Shown one piece after another: positions 52,226 through 64,000 of a DNA stretch of 64,000 nucleotides; positions within the stretch are counted from its first letter, which is position 1, and each line of letters opens with the position of its first letter. A program made the position numbers and the translations under genes. The DNA lies in assembly GCF_003918875.1 (NCBI RefSeq), contig NW_025767297.1, positions 558,001 to 622,000 on the forward strand, read 5' to 3'. The notes beneath the pieces were generated by a model. That model did not search any database. It was not told where the DNA came from and was given only the letters and a program-made list of their open reading frames with translations. Source of the DNA: Haliotis rubra. Its lineage: Eukaryota.

Positions 52226-55200
52226 TATCTCGTGCTGATACTAGGTGTGCGCGCCTCCTGTTAACAAACTCACAAACAATTGCAAAGAAAAGTCACTGTT
52301 TCACGGGTGTCGTTATCCATCCTGGCGATATCCAACGACCCAGTGTTGATAGAAATGACATGATCTATTGATCTTTTCGATCAGCTGTCATCATGGCTCT
52401 AAGACTCAACCTCCTCCAGTACAATCCAATAAAGGAATATTTATCATCATCATTTCACCAAACAATTCAATCATCCAATCATTCTCAAAGATATTATCTT
52501 TTTATGGTGCCTTAAATAATGCAATTGGTCGTTATTTGGAACATACGTTTGTAACAGCGTATTATACTCAGTATCATTTAATGATGTCGAATGCCTAGGT
52601 TGTATTTCATTTATCACGTTCTTGCCAACATCAATACAGTTTCACAATAAATATTTCCGTAATAGAAGCTTGAGATAACAAATAACGGTGTTTCTGATTG
52701 ATTCCCTGTGGTCTTACCCCACAGCCCGATAACAAGAGCTCTGTACACAAAATGGACATTGGCTTGAAGGACTGTTTATCTACAGAAAGTCTAATGCATG
52801 CTTCCATAATTATTTGGACTAAGATAACACAGACCGAAGACGGCAAAACGTTAAGACAGGACATGCTTTAAGAAGAAAAATATGACAGGAAGGAACAGAA
52901 TGATGAACATTCATATAGTTTCAATAATTGTTTTGAAACTAATCAAATATTTGTTAGGTCTTTATGTTACTACGGTCAATAAAAGCTGAAGGATTTGTAT
53001 ATGTTGATTGCTTTTGCTCGTCGTGTGAACCAATAACGGTACATGGATTCGGAGGATAACATTCCTTTCGTATCTCTGCATCTCTCAAGGTCATACTGGT
53101 AACGGTTCCAGGCACTTAAATGCATATATCGCACGTGCTGCGTGTTTGTTTGTAGCACGTGCATGACTGATGAGCAGATATATCAACTAGGTACGTATGC
53201 TGCCAATTATCTCTACAGACATGTCACTACTGAGGAAGGCTACACCTAACAGAATCATCCTGGTTGCTGTTGTAAACATTTCCATCTTCATCCTACAAAA
53301 ATATCCCCGCTGTATGTAAGGTGCATTTGTACGTTCCGTGCTACTTGGGCAAGATTCACAATATGGAATCCCAAAGCTTATTTTGCATGTCGGTATAAAC
53401 ACTGGGTGATGAAAATATTGTATGTGTGTTTGTATGTACAGGGATTGTATCACATAAACATATTCTCTGTTATTAACTGGCATAAGTCTTGACTAGTTGA
53501 AACAGAATGACAGAAACAGACACACACACAAACAAAGTCTCAAGCACGCACACACGCACGCATGCACGACCGCACGCACATATACAAACATACATACATA
53601 CATAAATGCAGTTTTCACGATACTTTAAATCTATCACAGACTTTGTAACGCCATTTTATTTGCCATTATTTCTGTATATTATTTGCATGTCCCAATCCAT
53701 CTATCAATCCAATCCAAACGAAACACAGAAACCAATCTGTGTCATTTACAAAGTACCCTATTTAAATCAGACTGGATATCAATCTTATCATCTGTTTGTC
53801 TGCCTATTTATTACAAACGTCCAGATGAACAGTGATTTATTTCTGGTTTTGATACTTAAACTAATCCCGGAGGTATTTCAGACAACATTACAATTGTAGA
53901 TGTTGCCGTTTTCACTATTATCTAGATCACTGTCTAGACAGGAAACAATACAACCACTACTTGGACAAATAAACTTACATATATACAAAACAACATTTGG
54001 TAGCAATAGCCCACTCCATATAAACAGTTCAAATAGCGTTACCGGGCAAAAGAAACTTTCTGCTTGAAAATTGGATTCAACCAGAACATTACAAACGTTA
54101 TTAAATGCTATAAACGTGTAAGACAGCGCCAAAACACTGCAAACTGCCCTTAACACAACTACCATACCTAATTGAAATACATCGATAACATTCTCTTGTT
54201 GAGTTGATATTTAGCAACTATAAAAAGTGAGTGTACACTATGTTCGTCCGGCAGGTTATAGCTGGATTATCTACCAAAGTTTAACTTTACAGACCTTCAA
54301 AAACAGCGTATGGACACAATACTACTGTAAGTGAAGGTCACATCCGTTTACCATGTCGCAACTGTCAGTTAGGTTTTTCACACATTTGTTTCTTTGTGTT
54401 GACTGTGTTGACGAAATGGGTAATTACGTCACCTACATGATGACGTTTACCAACGTCGTTCAAATAATATTGACACTGCCATCCACTGCTGGAGATACAA
54501 ACTGCTGTAAATCCACATACAATGCAGCTGTATTATATACGTTGACGTAGCACTCGGCTCAGGTGATTAAAAAAATGAAATAAAGAAACACACGTACCTG
54601 AGTGTCGTTACAAAAAGAAAGTAAGAAGCAGCAGATTGAATTAATGTCAGTGGCAAGTCATTTTAGAGCTTTCGTCACAAATTACATTTTATGATCGAAT
54701 TTGATCCGTTTCTTTCTCCAGATTTGCGTTTTGTACGGCATACAAAAAACACACACAGAATCTAGGCGTTGCCGTCTGAAAACATGTCTTATTTTGTAAC
54801 GATGATGCATGTCTTGCTCTGAATGATTGCATCCTTCCAAAAGTCTAAGCCTTTATGTTATATAGAGTTTCAGAATTCATAAATTGTTGTTTTTATTCGA
54901 TGAAAATGTCTTGTGAAAAGGCCACTAAGGAGTAGTCTGGCTAGCTGACGTGGATGACTGTATCCACACGGCTCCTGGTGTCAATCGGATTGTCTGGTCC
55001 AGACTCGTTTGTTTACAAACAGCCGTCACACAGCTGGAGTTCTGCCAGGTGAAAACTACGAACCCCAAAATGAAATGAGTCGCGATGCGATTAATACATA
55101 AGGCAGTATGCTTTTAGAAGCTGTGTTTGTGTCTTCTGGTCAGTCTGTCTGTCTGTATGTATGGTGATGGCTAGAATGCCACGGTTAAACAAAGCAACAG

Positions 55201-57680
55201 AAACATGCTTCAGATACCTTTCAGGACAGACGCTGGAGGTACCCTTGCATTCCCTGTCCTCTTTTGGCCCATTCTGATTACACGTACTTAGCAAAAACAA
55301 GCAACATTATCCAACACTGGAGACAAGCCAGGAAAGTGTAACCGATCACGGATTTTCTGAAGATAACATTTTGTAGTTAGTGCATATATCTTTAACCAAT
55401 GGTCATTCTGATACTGATGTTAAATTGGAATATAGCTATATGTACCCAAATACACATGATACCATGTGTTTGTGGTGGAAGCTATATCTACCAATTTACA
55501 CATGATACCAATTGTGTGTGGCGGAAGCTATATATGTACCCATTTACACGTGATGGCATGTGCCGCATGTCCAATTATTCATATCAGATGTGTATTTTTC
55601 ATGAATTGAACCAAGAGTAAAATATGCAATCAGGCTGTCAAGGCCATGCAACTTGCAAACGATAGTGTTGAGTGATATGCTTGCTTCACTTAGTGGGGAC
55701 AGGAACAAACAGTCTCAAGTGCCAGACTTCCTGTAGAAATCTCTCGAATAGTTTCCGCTGTTCAAACTCCTACTTTCGGTGAAGTTATCGGCTTGATTGC
55801 CTCATTAACGTGATGTTGTCTCGTGACAGGTAATGAAACCTCCCATACTGCAGCATGTGTCAACACTTCCACAGTCAAGTGAACTTGGCATTATGTGTCA
55901 ATAGTTTCATAGAAACATGTAGTGCAGCACGTACCAACACCTTCTTCGTGGCATGACACTTTCTTAGTCTGCAAGTATCAACATAGTATGACACTGATGA
56001 CTTGCAGCACGTTTTAACAGGTTCATAGTCACGTGCCAACATCTTCATCCACACGTGTCAAGAAGCACGTGTCAACAGTTTCTTATTCTACACTTGTCAA
56101 CAGTTTCATAATCACGACATGCAGCACCCGTCAAGACGTCATGAGACACCTGACATGCAGAACGACCCAACAATTCCATAATCACATGACATGCAGCACG
56201 TGTCCACATCTTCTTCTACAAATGCCGTGAAGCACATGTCAACATTGTCGTCGTCTCGTGACCAGTAGAACATGTCCACAGTTTCTCAGTCACATGACTT
56301 GTAACATTCATCAACAGGTGTTCATTTCAGCATTAATTGGGTATCTACTAAGGACATAATTCAAACAGGACAAATGGTTCACCATATTATTTCATATTTT
56401 GCAGGACGTAACCCTTATAATAACCATGCTGACTTTGTAATTTCTTTGAGTGGTTTTTCTGAAGTTGGGAAGTTCGACACTGACACATTTATGGATAACA
56501 ACTTCATTCATTTTGTGAGTGCGACGCTTCCTTCCAGATTCTTGTACTGCTGTCTTGTCATGTATGCACTCAGCAATTCTTATCCATAAATGTGTCAGTA
56601 GTGTTGACCTTCCTCCAGTAATTCAGATGAAAACACGTGTTAACGTGTCAACTTTTAACAGAATGCTCCAATGCTCTTTTTCTCTGAGAGTTTATTCCCG
56701 ATCTGAAGACACATGTGTCCCATCTCACGCTTTTTACAAAGAATTCATTCTATGATGTGTTCATGTTACTCATCATTTGACTAAGTTGAACGATGACAAC
56801 GACGACGACGCCGATGAAGATGATGATGATGAGTAGGAGGATGAGGAGTGTTAAAATGATTGCTTTCCCATGCTCCATACAACCATATCTTTTTCGATAA
56901 TGAGACTTTGCATGTTTACACTTCCAGCTCAAGGAATATTGCCTGATGATTGAGGCTGTATTTATGCTGTGTAACCTTAATAGAAAAGATGAATTTCATC
57001 CACGGTGATGAAGTACTTTTAACCAACTGTGACTGCATCTTTAATCCCCAAATAGTTTCATATTGCATCCTCACAAATGCCACTTTTGAAATTAGCTTTT
57101 GCCAGATCAAACATACGAAAATAGTACGTGTATTTTTCGTCTTAAATGCGTGTTTCATATTTTCTGGCAAGGGAAATGAATCAAATCGACAGGACGTCCG
57201 TCAAAACATGATCGTGAAAAACAAAGTTGGAATGTCACCATATTATGACCACGTGGAACTAATTTTGATCAAATTAAAGTGATATAACCAATTGATAAAT
57301 GGATTCTTCAATCCAACTTGTACGTTTGGGCTCTCCAGTAACCCCTCTCTAATACCTCCAAAAATAAAAGGTAATCCTGCTCAAGTGTAAAGTTCTTTGG
57401 AAGCTCTGAAACCCTGCATTATTCAGAGATCCATTTGGATTTTGGTGGGGGATATACATAACAGATAATATTTGAGACTAAGTGTTAGTCAAGTGATCTA
57501 TTATTAAAGAGGATGGGCCACAACACATTGTAAGATCTGGGTAGGAATCGGATACTTGCAAGTCAAGGTGCTGGTTATGTCATGAACTGCACAAATGCTA
57601 AATCTCTTGGAATCAGGTCTTAGGCGTGACCAGAGAAGGCGTTAGTCTCAAGGCTACTCCACCGCCCCTTTTCTATAAAG

Positions 57681-57910
57681 ACCCGTGAAGATCCGGGGTA
57701 GAATTGATCTTCAGTAACACATGCTTGTCGTAAGAGGCGACTAACGGGATCTAGTGGTCAGGCTTGCTGACTTGGTTGACACATGTGATCGGTTCTCAAT
57801 TGCGTAGATCGATGTTCATGCTGTTAATCACTGGATTGGACTCGATTATTTACAGACCGCAGCCATACAGCTGGAATATTGCTGAGTGCGGCGTAAGACT
57901 AAACTCACTT
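57681..57910 (+). mobile_element. SINE family B
   Basis: ACCCGTGAAGATCCGGGGTAGAATTGATCTTCAG...AAACTCAC. Confidence 0.88.
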
Positions 57911-59200
57911 TCCCACTTATTTATTAACTCGTGCTGATACTACGTGTGCAAGGAAAAGACACTGTTTCACTGCTGTCCTTATCCATCCTGGCGATATCCT
58001 ACGATCCAGTGTTGATAAAAATGACATGATCTATTGATCTGTTCGATCAGCTGTCATGGTGGCACAAAGAGTCAACTTCCTCCAGTGCAATCCAATAAAG
58101 GAATATTTATCATGGTCATTTCACGAAACGATTCAATCATCCAATCATTGGTAAAGATATTATCTTTTTATGATGCCTTAAATAATGCAGTTGGTCGTTA
58201 TTTGGAACATGCGTCTGAAACAGCGTATTATACTCAGTATCATGTTATAATGCCTAGGTAGTATTTCATTATCATGTTCTTGCCAACATCAATACAGTTT
58301 CACAATAAATATTTCCGTAATAGAAGCTTGAGATAACAAATTACGGTGTTTCTGATTGATTCCCTATGGTCTAACCCCAGAGCCCGATAACAAGAGCTCT
58401 GTACGCAAAATGGACATTGGCTTGAAGGACTGTTTATCTACAGAAAGTCCAACGCATGATTCCATAATAATTTGGACTAAGATAACACGGAAGACGTCAA
58501 AACGTTAAGACAGGACATGCTTTAAAAAGATAAACATGACATAAAGAGAAGGAACAGAATGATGAACATTCATATAGTTTCAATAATTGTTTTGAAACTA
58601 ATCAAATATTTGTTAGGTCTTTATGTTACTACGGTCAATAAAAGCTGAAGGATTTGTATATGTTGATTGCTTTTGCTTGTCGTGTGAACCAATAACGGTA
58701 CATGGATTCGGGGATAACATTCCTTTCGTATCTCTGCATCTCTCAAGGTCTTACTGGTAACGGTTCCAGGCACTTAAATGCATATATCGCACGTGTTGGG
58801 TGTTTGTTTGTAGCACGTGCATGACTGATGAGCAGATATATCAACTAGGTACGTATGCTGCCAATTATCTCTACAGACATGTCACTACTGAGGAAGGCTA
58901 CACCTAACAGCATCTTCCTGGTTGCTGTTGTAAACATTTCCATCTTCATCCTACAAAAATATCCCCGCTGTACGTTAGGTGCATTTGTACGTTCCGTGCT
59001 ACTTGGGCAAGATTCACAATATGGAATCCAAAGCTTATTTTGCATGTCGGTATAAACACTGGGTGATGAAAATATTGTATGTGTGTTTGTATGTACAGGG
59101 ATTGTATCGCATAAACATATTCTCTGTTATTAACTGGCATTAGTCCTGACTAGTTGAAACAGACAGACAGAAACAGACACACACACAAACACAGTCTCAA

Positions 59201-59247
<47 letters not shown>

Positions 59248-61072
59248 AACATACATACATACATAAATGCAGTTTTCACGATACTTTAAATCTATCACAG
59301 ACTATGTAACGCCACTTTATTTACCATTATTTCTGTATATTATTTGCATGTCCCAATCCATCTATCAATCCAATCCAAACGAAACACAGAAACCAATCTA
59401 TGTCATTTACAAAGTATCCTATTTAAATCGGACTGGATATCAATCTTGTCATCTGTTTGTCTGCCTATTTATTACAAACGTCCAGATGAACAGTGATTTA
59501 TTTCTGGTATTGATACTTAAACTAATCCCGGAGGTATTTCAGACAACATTACAATTGTAGATGTTGCCATTTTCACTATTATCTAGATCACTGTCTAGAC
59601 AGGAAACAATAGAACCACTACTTGGACAAATAAACCTACATATATACAAAACAACATTTGGTAGCAATAGCCCACTCCATATAAACAGTTCAAATAGCGT
59701 TACCGGGCAAAAGAAACATTTTGCTTGAAAATTGGATTCAACCAGAACATTACAAACGTTATTTAAATGCTATAAACGTGTAAGACAGCGCCAAAACACT
59801 GCAAACTGCCCTTAACACAACTATTATACCTAATTGAAATACATCGATAACATTCTCTTGTTGAGTTCATATTTAGCAACTATAAAAAGTGAGTGTACAC
59901 TGTGTTTGTCCGGCAGGTTATAGCTAGATATTTTACCAAAAAACTTTACCAAAATTTACAGAACTTCAAAAACAGCGTATGGACACAATACTATTGTAAG
60001 TGAAGGTCACATCCGTTTCCCATGTCGCAACTGTCAGTTAGGTTTTTCACACATTTGTTTCTTTGTGTTGACTGTGTTGACGAAATGGGTAATTACGTCA
60101 CCTACATGATGACGTTTACCAACGTCGTTCAAATAATATTGACACTGCCATCCACTGCTGGAGATACAAACTGCTGTTAATCCACATACAATGCAGCTGT
60201 ATTATATACGTTGACGTAGCACTCGGGCTCAGGTGATAAAAAATGAAAATAAGAAACACATATACCTGAGTTGCGTTACAAAAACAAAGAAATACCCAGC
60301 AGATTGAATTTATGCGTATGTCAGTGTCAGGTCACTTTAAAGTTTTCGTCACAAATTACGTTTTATGATCGAATTTGATCCGTTTCTTTCTCCCGATATG
60401 CCTTATGGATGGCATACAGACTCTATGCGTTGCCGTTTCAAAAACGTGTCTTATCTTCTTCGATCATGAATGTCTTGCGCTGACTGATTTTATCCTGTCA
60501 AAGGTCTAAGTCTTCATATTATATAGAGTTTCAGAATTCCTCTTTTGATGTTTAGATACGATGAATATGTCTTGTGAAAAGGTCACTACGGAGTAGTTTG
60601 CCTAGCTGACTTGGATGACTGTATCCACACGGCTGCTGGTGTCAATCGGATTGTCTGGTCCAAACCCGTTTGTTTACAGACAGATGTCAACTAGCTGGAG
60701 TACTGCCAGGTAAAACTAAGAACCCAAAATGAAATCTGTCGTGATGTGATTAATGTTTAAGACAGTATGCTTTAAAAGCTGTATCTGTGTGTTCCGGACA
60801 GTCTGTCTGTATGTATGGTGATGGCTAGAATACCACCGTTAAACAAAACTACATTCTGATTAGACGTAATTAGCGAAAACAAAGCAACACTATTCAACAC
60901 TGGAGACAAGCCAGGGAAGTGCAACAGATCACGGATTTCCTGATGATAACATTACTTTGTAGTTAGTGCATATATTTATTTAACCAAAGTCATTCTGATA
61001 GTGGCGGTACATAGGAATAAACCTATGTACCCAGTTCCACATGATGCCATATGTTTGTGGTGAAGCTTTATA

Positions 61073-61442
61073 ATAAGTTGTTTCCTGGTCACTAGGGGAC
61101 ATGGGTTGATGTACCCTCTATGTTTGGGAGGGCGAGGGGAACATAAACAAAACATCTAGGGTACATCAACCCATGGGCCCCGAGGGGCCAGTGAACAACG
61201 TATTTATCTTACCGAACACCTCAATGTTAATTTTGAACTGTTTAAAGCACGCGTATTGGATCATAATGAGGAGTACCGGAGTTAGGCAACAGCCCAAACA
61301 CTACTAACACGAAGTAGCAAACGAATTCTCACAGTTCGGCATTTCCAGCGGGTAACAGAGAAAATGTTACTCGCTTGTAAGCGGGGTACATTGATTGGCT
61401 TCAGCCAATCAGAAAAAGACATGTATGTGTGAGGTAAGATAA
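61073..61442 (-). mobile_element. Long-hairpin non-autonomous element inserted in the 45-bp minisatellite
   Basis: Hairpin 61077-61199; inverted repeat TTATCTTACC (61204-61213) / GGTAAGATAA (61433-61442); absent from duplication copy 1. Confidence 0.7.
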
Positions 61443-61865
61443 GATGCCATATGTTTGTGGTGAAGCTACATGTACCTATTTACACACGATGTCATCTGTT
61501 TGTGGTGAAGTTATATGTACATATTTACCAAGATGCCATGCGCCTTTTGTGAAGCTATATGTACCCATTTACACACGATGTCATCTGTTTGTGGTGAAGT
61601 TATATGTACATATTTACACATGATGCCATGCGCCTGTTGTGAAACTATATGTACCCATTTACACACGATGCCATGTGTTTGTGGTGAAACTATATGTACC
61701 CATTTACACACGATGCCATGTGTTTTTGGTGAAGCTATATGTACCCATTTACACACGATGCCATGTGTTTTTGGTGAAGCTATATTTACCCATTTACACA
61801 CGATGCCATGTGTTTTTGGTGAAGCTATATGTAAAGTGGAACTTATATGTACCCATTTACACACT
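61443..61865. repeat. 45-bp minisatellite (ATGCCATGTGTTTGTGGTGAAGCTATATGTACCCATTTACACACG)n
   Basis: About 9 units. Confidence 0.92.
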
Positions 61866-62689
61866 ATGGTACTGATAGTGCGTGAGTGGACAACGTGGTA
61901 TGACAAGAGGATATGCACCAAATGTTTGCTGACGAAAGTATTAGCAGACAAACTAGACAGAGTTTCGAGGCACTCTCGACACATATTCAAACAATTAGGT
62001 ACTTTGAATAAATTAAGTTTCAAAGAAGTATATCTGCACCCTAACAAAATAGATGTAATTTCCCTCCATTTAATTACGCAAAGGGGTTTATCGCGCTTAG
62101 TGGTATGGAATGTGCAGAGGATCACTACCGCAAGTACGTTTGAGTAATACACATAATATAACAATGAATTGGTTGAGATAATCATTACCAAGTCAGTAAT
62201 ATCATGGTCGTTAATCTGAATCTTGAACAACACGTCTGGTTGTAGTTCACCGGCCCAAATTGATGGTGTCGATACATTGTGTACTTATAACATATGATGT
62301 CGAAACCTCACTTATGCTTTAAACATACCTCCCCGGTTTGCAGGATATTGAGTTTCGCTTATCACACACAAAAACAGCAAAGTTAATCTTTTGTCAAGAT
62401 TTAGTACTTACAACTGTTTTGTACTGTTTCGAAATTGCAAAACGTCAGTCATAAAGACCTGTATTGTATCATATATGATAGCAAAACCCACCCCGTCTTT
62501 ATTTATTTATGACTTCCATTATGCATTCCTATTCACTATTTGTCAACTGTGTACACACTTTTCCCTGCCTCCTCTCTTCCTCATACTGACAGTTTCCTTG
62601 TTTCCCGCTTCATTCTCTTGACTGAAACGCTCAACATGTATTTGTTCACTTCGACAGATGCCCTGATATAAAGTGTTTGCAGTTATTCC

Positions 62690-62860
62690 GGTATGTAAAT
62701 AATTGAGTTTGGAGAAGCGATTCCTGTGACTGACATCATGAGCATCAATCTTCTCATTCGGGATACGAAGACATGTATCAACCAAGTCACCGAGCTTGAC
62801 CACCCGATCCCTTTAGTCGCCAAACATTGGTTGTTGAACACCAATTCCCTCCCGGATATT
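62690..62860 (-). mobile_element. SINE family B, degenerate
   Basis: CAACCAAGTCA..GACCACCCGATCCC..TTAGTCGC. Confidence 0.7.
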
Positions 62861-63636
62861 CGGGGGATTCCTTTACAATTGCATTTATGCTGGTGCTTTT
62901 GTAATGTCGACTTGACTTGGTGTGCACCTCTATTTTTAGGACCGATATAATGTGTCTTACCACTTCCATCCATCGACTTCACTTTCCGACTCCAATTTCT
63001 CAAACTCATCCTCCTTCAAAGAAAAGATTTTTTCCCCAACCTGGAAAAATCGATAGAGTATTTTACAGAATCATGCATGGAATGTTACTACCGCAAATGG
63101 CTGCTGTTTCATTGATGATGCTTGATGTCATATCTAGCATTGACGTCATATTCATGACGCCATAAAATATTTTTAACCTCTGGTATTTTTTAGTTTCTTG
63201 GCAAAGAAATACTTCCATGACAACTCAATGAGATAGCTTCGAAAATGTACTGCTTGCAGCATTGATGTTTTTACTGAAACCTTTAATTTTGGTACATAAA
63301 AGGACGCTAAATGAGTAGAAGGGAGAGAAAGGGTGTAATATAAAATTTATTTCATCCGAGTATTTTTGCCTTGGAAATAAAAGCGACAAAACCATTTCCA
63401 CATCCATAAGAAATATCTGCTAAAAGCGGAGCCACGGGCTTGTGTCTATAAATCAATACCTAAATAGTGATACCAGATTTCTATATTTAAAGCCATTGTA
63501 GCGCCATACTGAGTCTTACCCAATAGCTACACATGTCTAAATAGGTAGTAGTTTCAATTAGTGCAAGCAGCCCCGTACAAACACATATATGTTGCTATGT
63601 TCAATCATCTTAAACGTGACGCCAAACAGGTAAAAG

Positions 63637-63985
63637 ACCCGTGAAGATCCGGGTAAGAATTGGTCTTCAGCAACTCAAGCTTGTCGTAAGAGGTGACTAA
63701 CGGGATCGGGTGGTCAGGCTCGCTGACTTGGCTGATGCATGTCATCATATCCCAGTTGCATTGATCGATGTTCATGATGTCAATCACTGGATTATCTGGT
63801 CAAGACTCGATTATTTACAAACCGCAATATAGCTTGAATATTAAATCTTTGAAGGGCGTTTAGACGTGGAATGCATAAGAAAACCAAGATTTATGGATGT
63901 CAACTTCTTTATTTTGAACAACACGACGTTTCGGAGTGTATGCTTACTCCTTCATCAGGTAACATTAAGCTTGAATATTGCCGGG
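63637..63985 (+). mobile_element. SINE family B interrupted by a Penelope-like fragment
   Basis: Head at 63637; tail split, with AGCTTGAATATT duplicated on both sides of the insert. Confidence 0.85.
63920..63962 (-). ncRNA. Minimal type-I hammerhead ribozyme motif (Penelope-like terminal repeat)
   Basis: Minus strand CUGAUGA-A-GGAGU(aagcauac)ACUCC-GAAACGUC; palindromic ACGU in place of stem III; AAUAAA downstream; stem I only 2-3 bp. Confidence 0.7.
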
Positions 63986-64000
63986 TTCTGCAAGTACTCG

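Larger units (their letters stand above)
49107..55560 (+). repeat. Tandem segmental duplication, copy 1
   Basis: Colinear with 55809-61865: GTGATGTTGTCTC..ACAGGTAATGAAACCTCCCATACTGCAGC at both starts; 52620-54560 nearly identical to 58275-60230. Confidence 0.92.
55809..61865 (+). repeat. Tandem segmental duplication, copy 2
   Basis: Colinear with 49107-55560. Confidence 0.92.

Overview
This is eukaryotic, repeat-dominated, AT-rich DNA with one N-gap (45126-45324). The SINE and transposon complement looks molluscan, possibly abalone-like (inference from recalled repeat families, not verified). No intact, recognisable host gene is present. Well-supported content: more than 20 copies of a ~165-bp tRNA-headed SINE (family A); about 12 copies of a ~240-bp SINE with no clear tRNA head (family B); two other tRNA-SINE types; a 5'-truncated R4/Dong-type non-LTR retrotransposon in (TAA)n plus an older relic of it; three decayed Tc1 transposons; hAT and other MITEs; a CACTA-like end; Penelope-like fragments, one with a minimal hammerhead ribozyme; several minisatellites; and a ~6.5-kb tandem duplication (49.1-55.6 kb / 55.8-61.9 kb). 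Most interesting signals: (i) the fixed, pseudoknot-capable 5' head of SINE family B, a candidate structured or self-cleaving RNA; (ii) long-hairpin elements that share a hairpin-base motif and a short inverted repeat, one apparently nested in the other's inverted repeat; (iii) a tentative two-exon minus-strand gene for a small PAN/apple-like protein; (iv) minisatellites whose origin or differential expansion can be read from the sequence.
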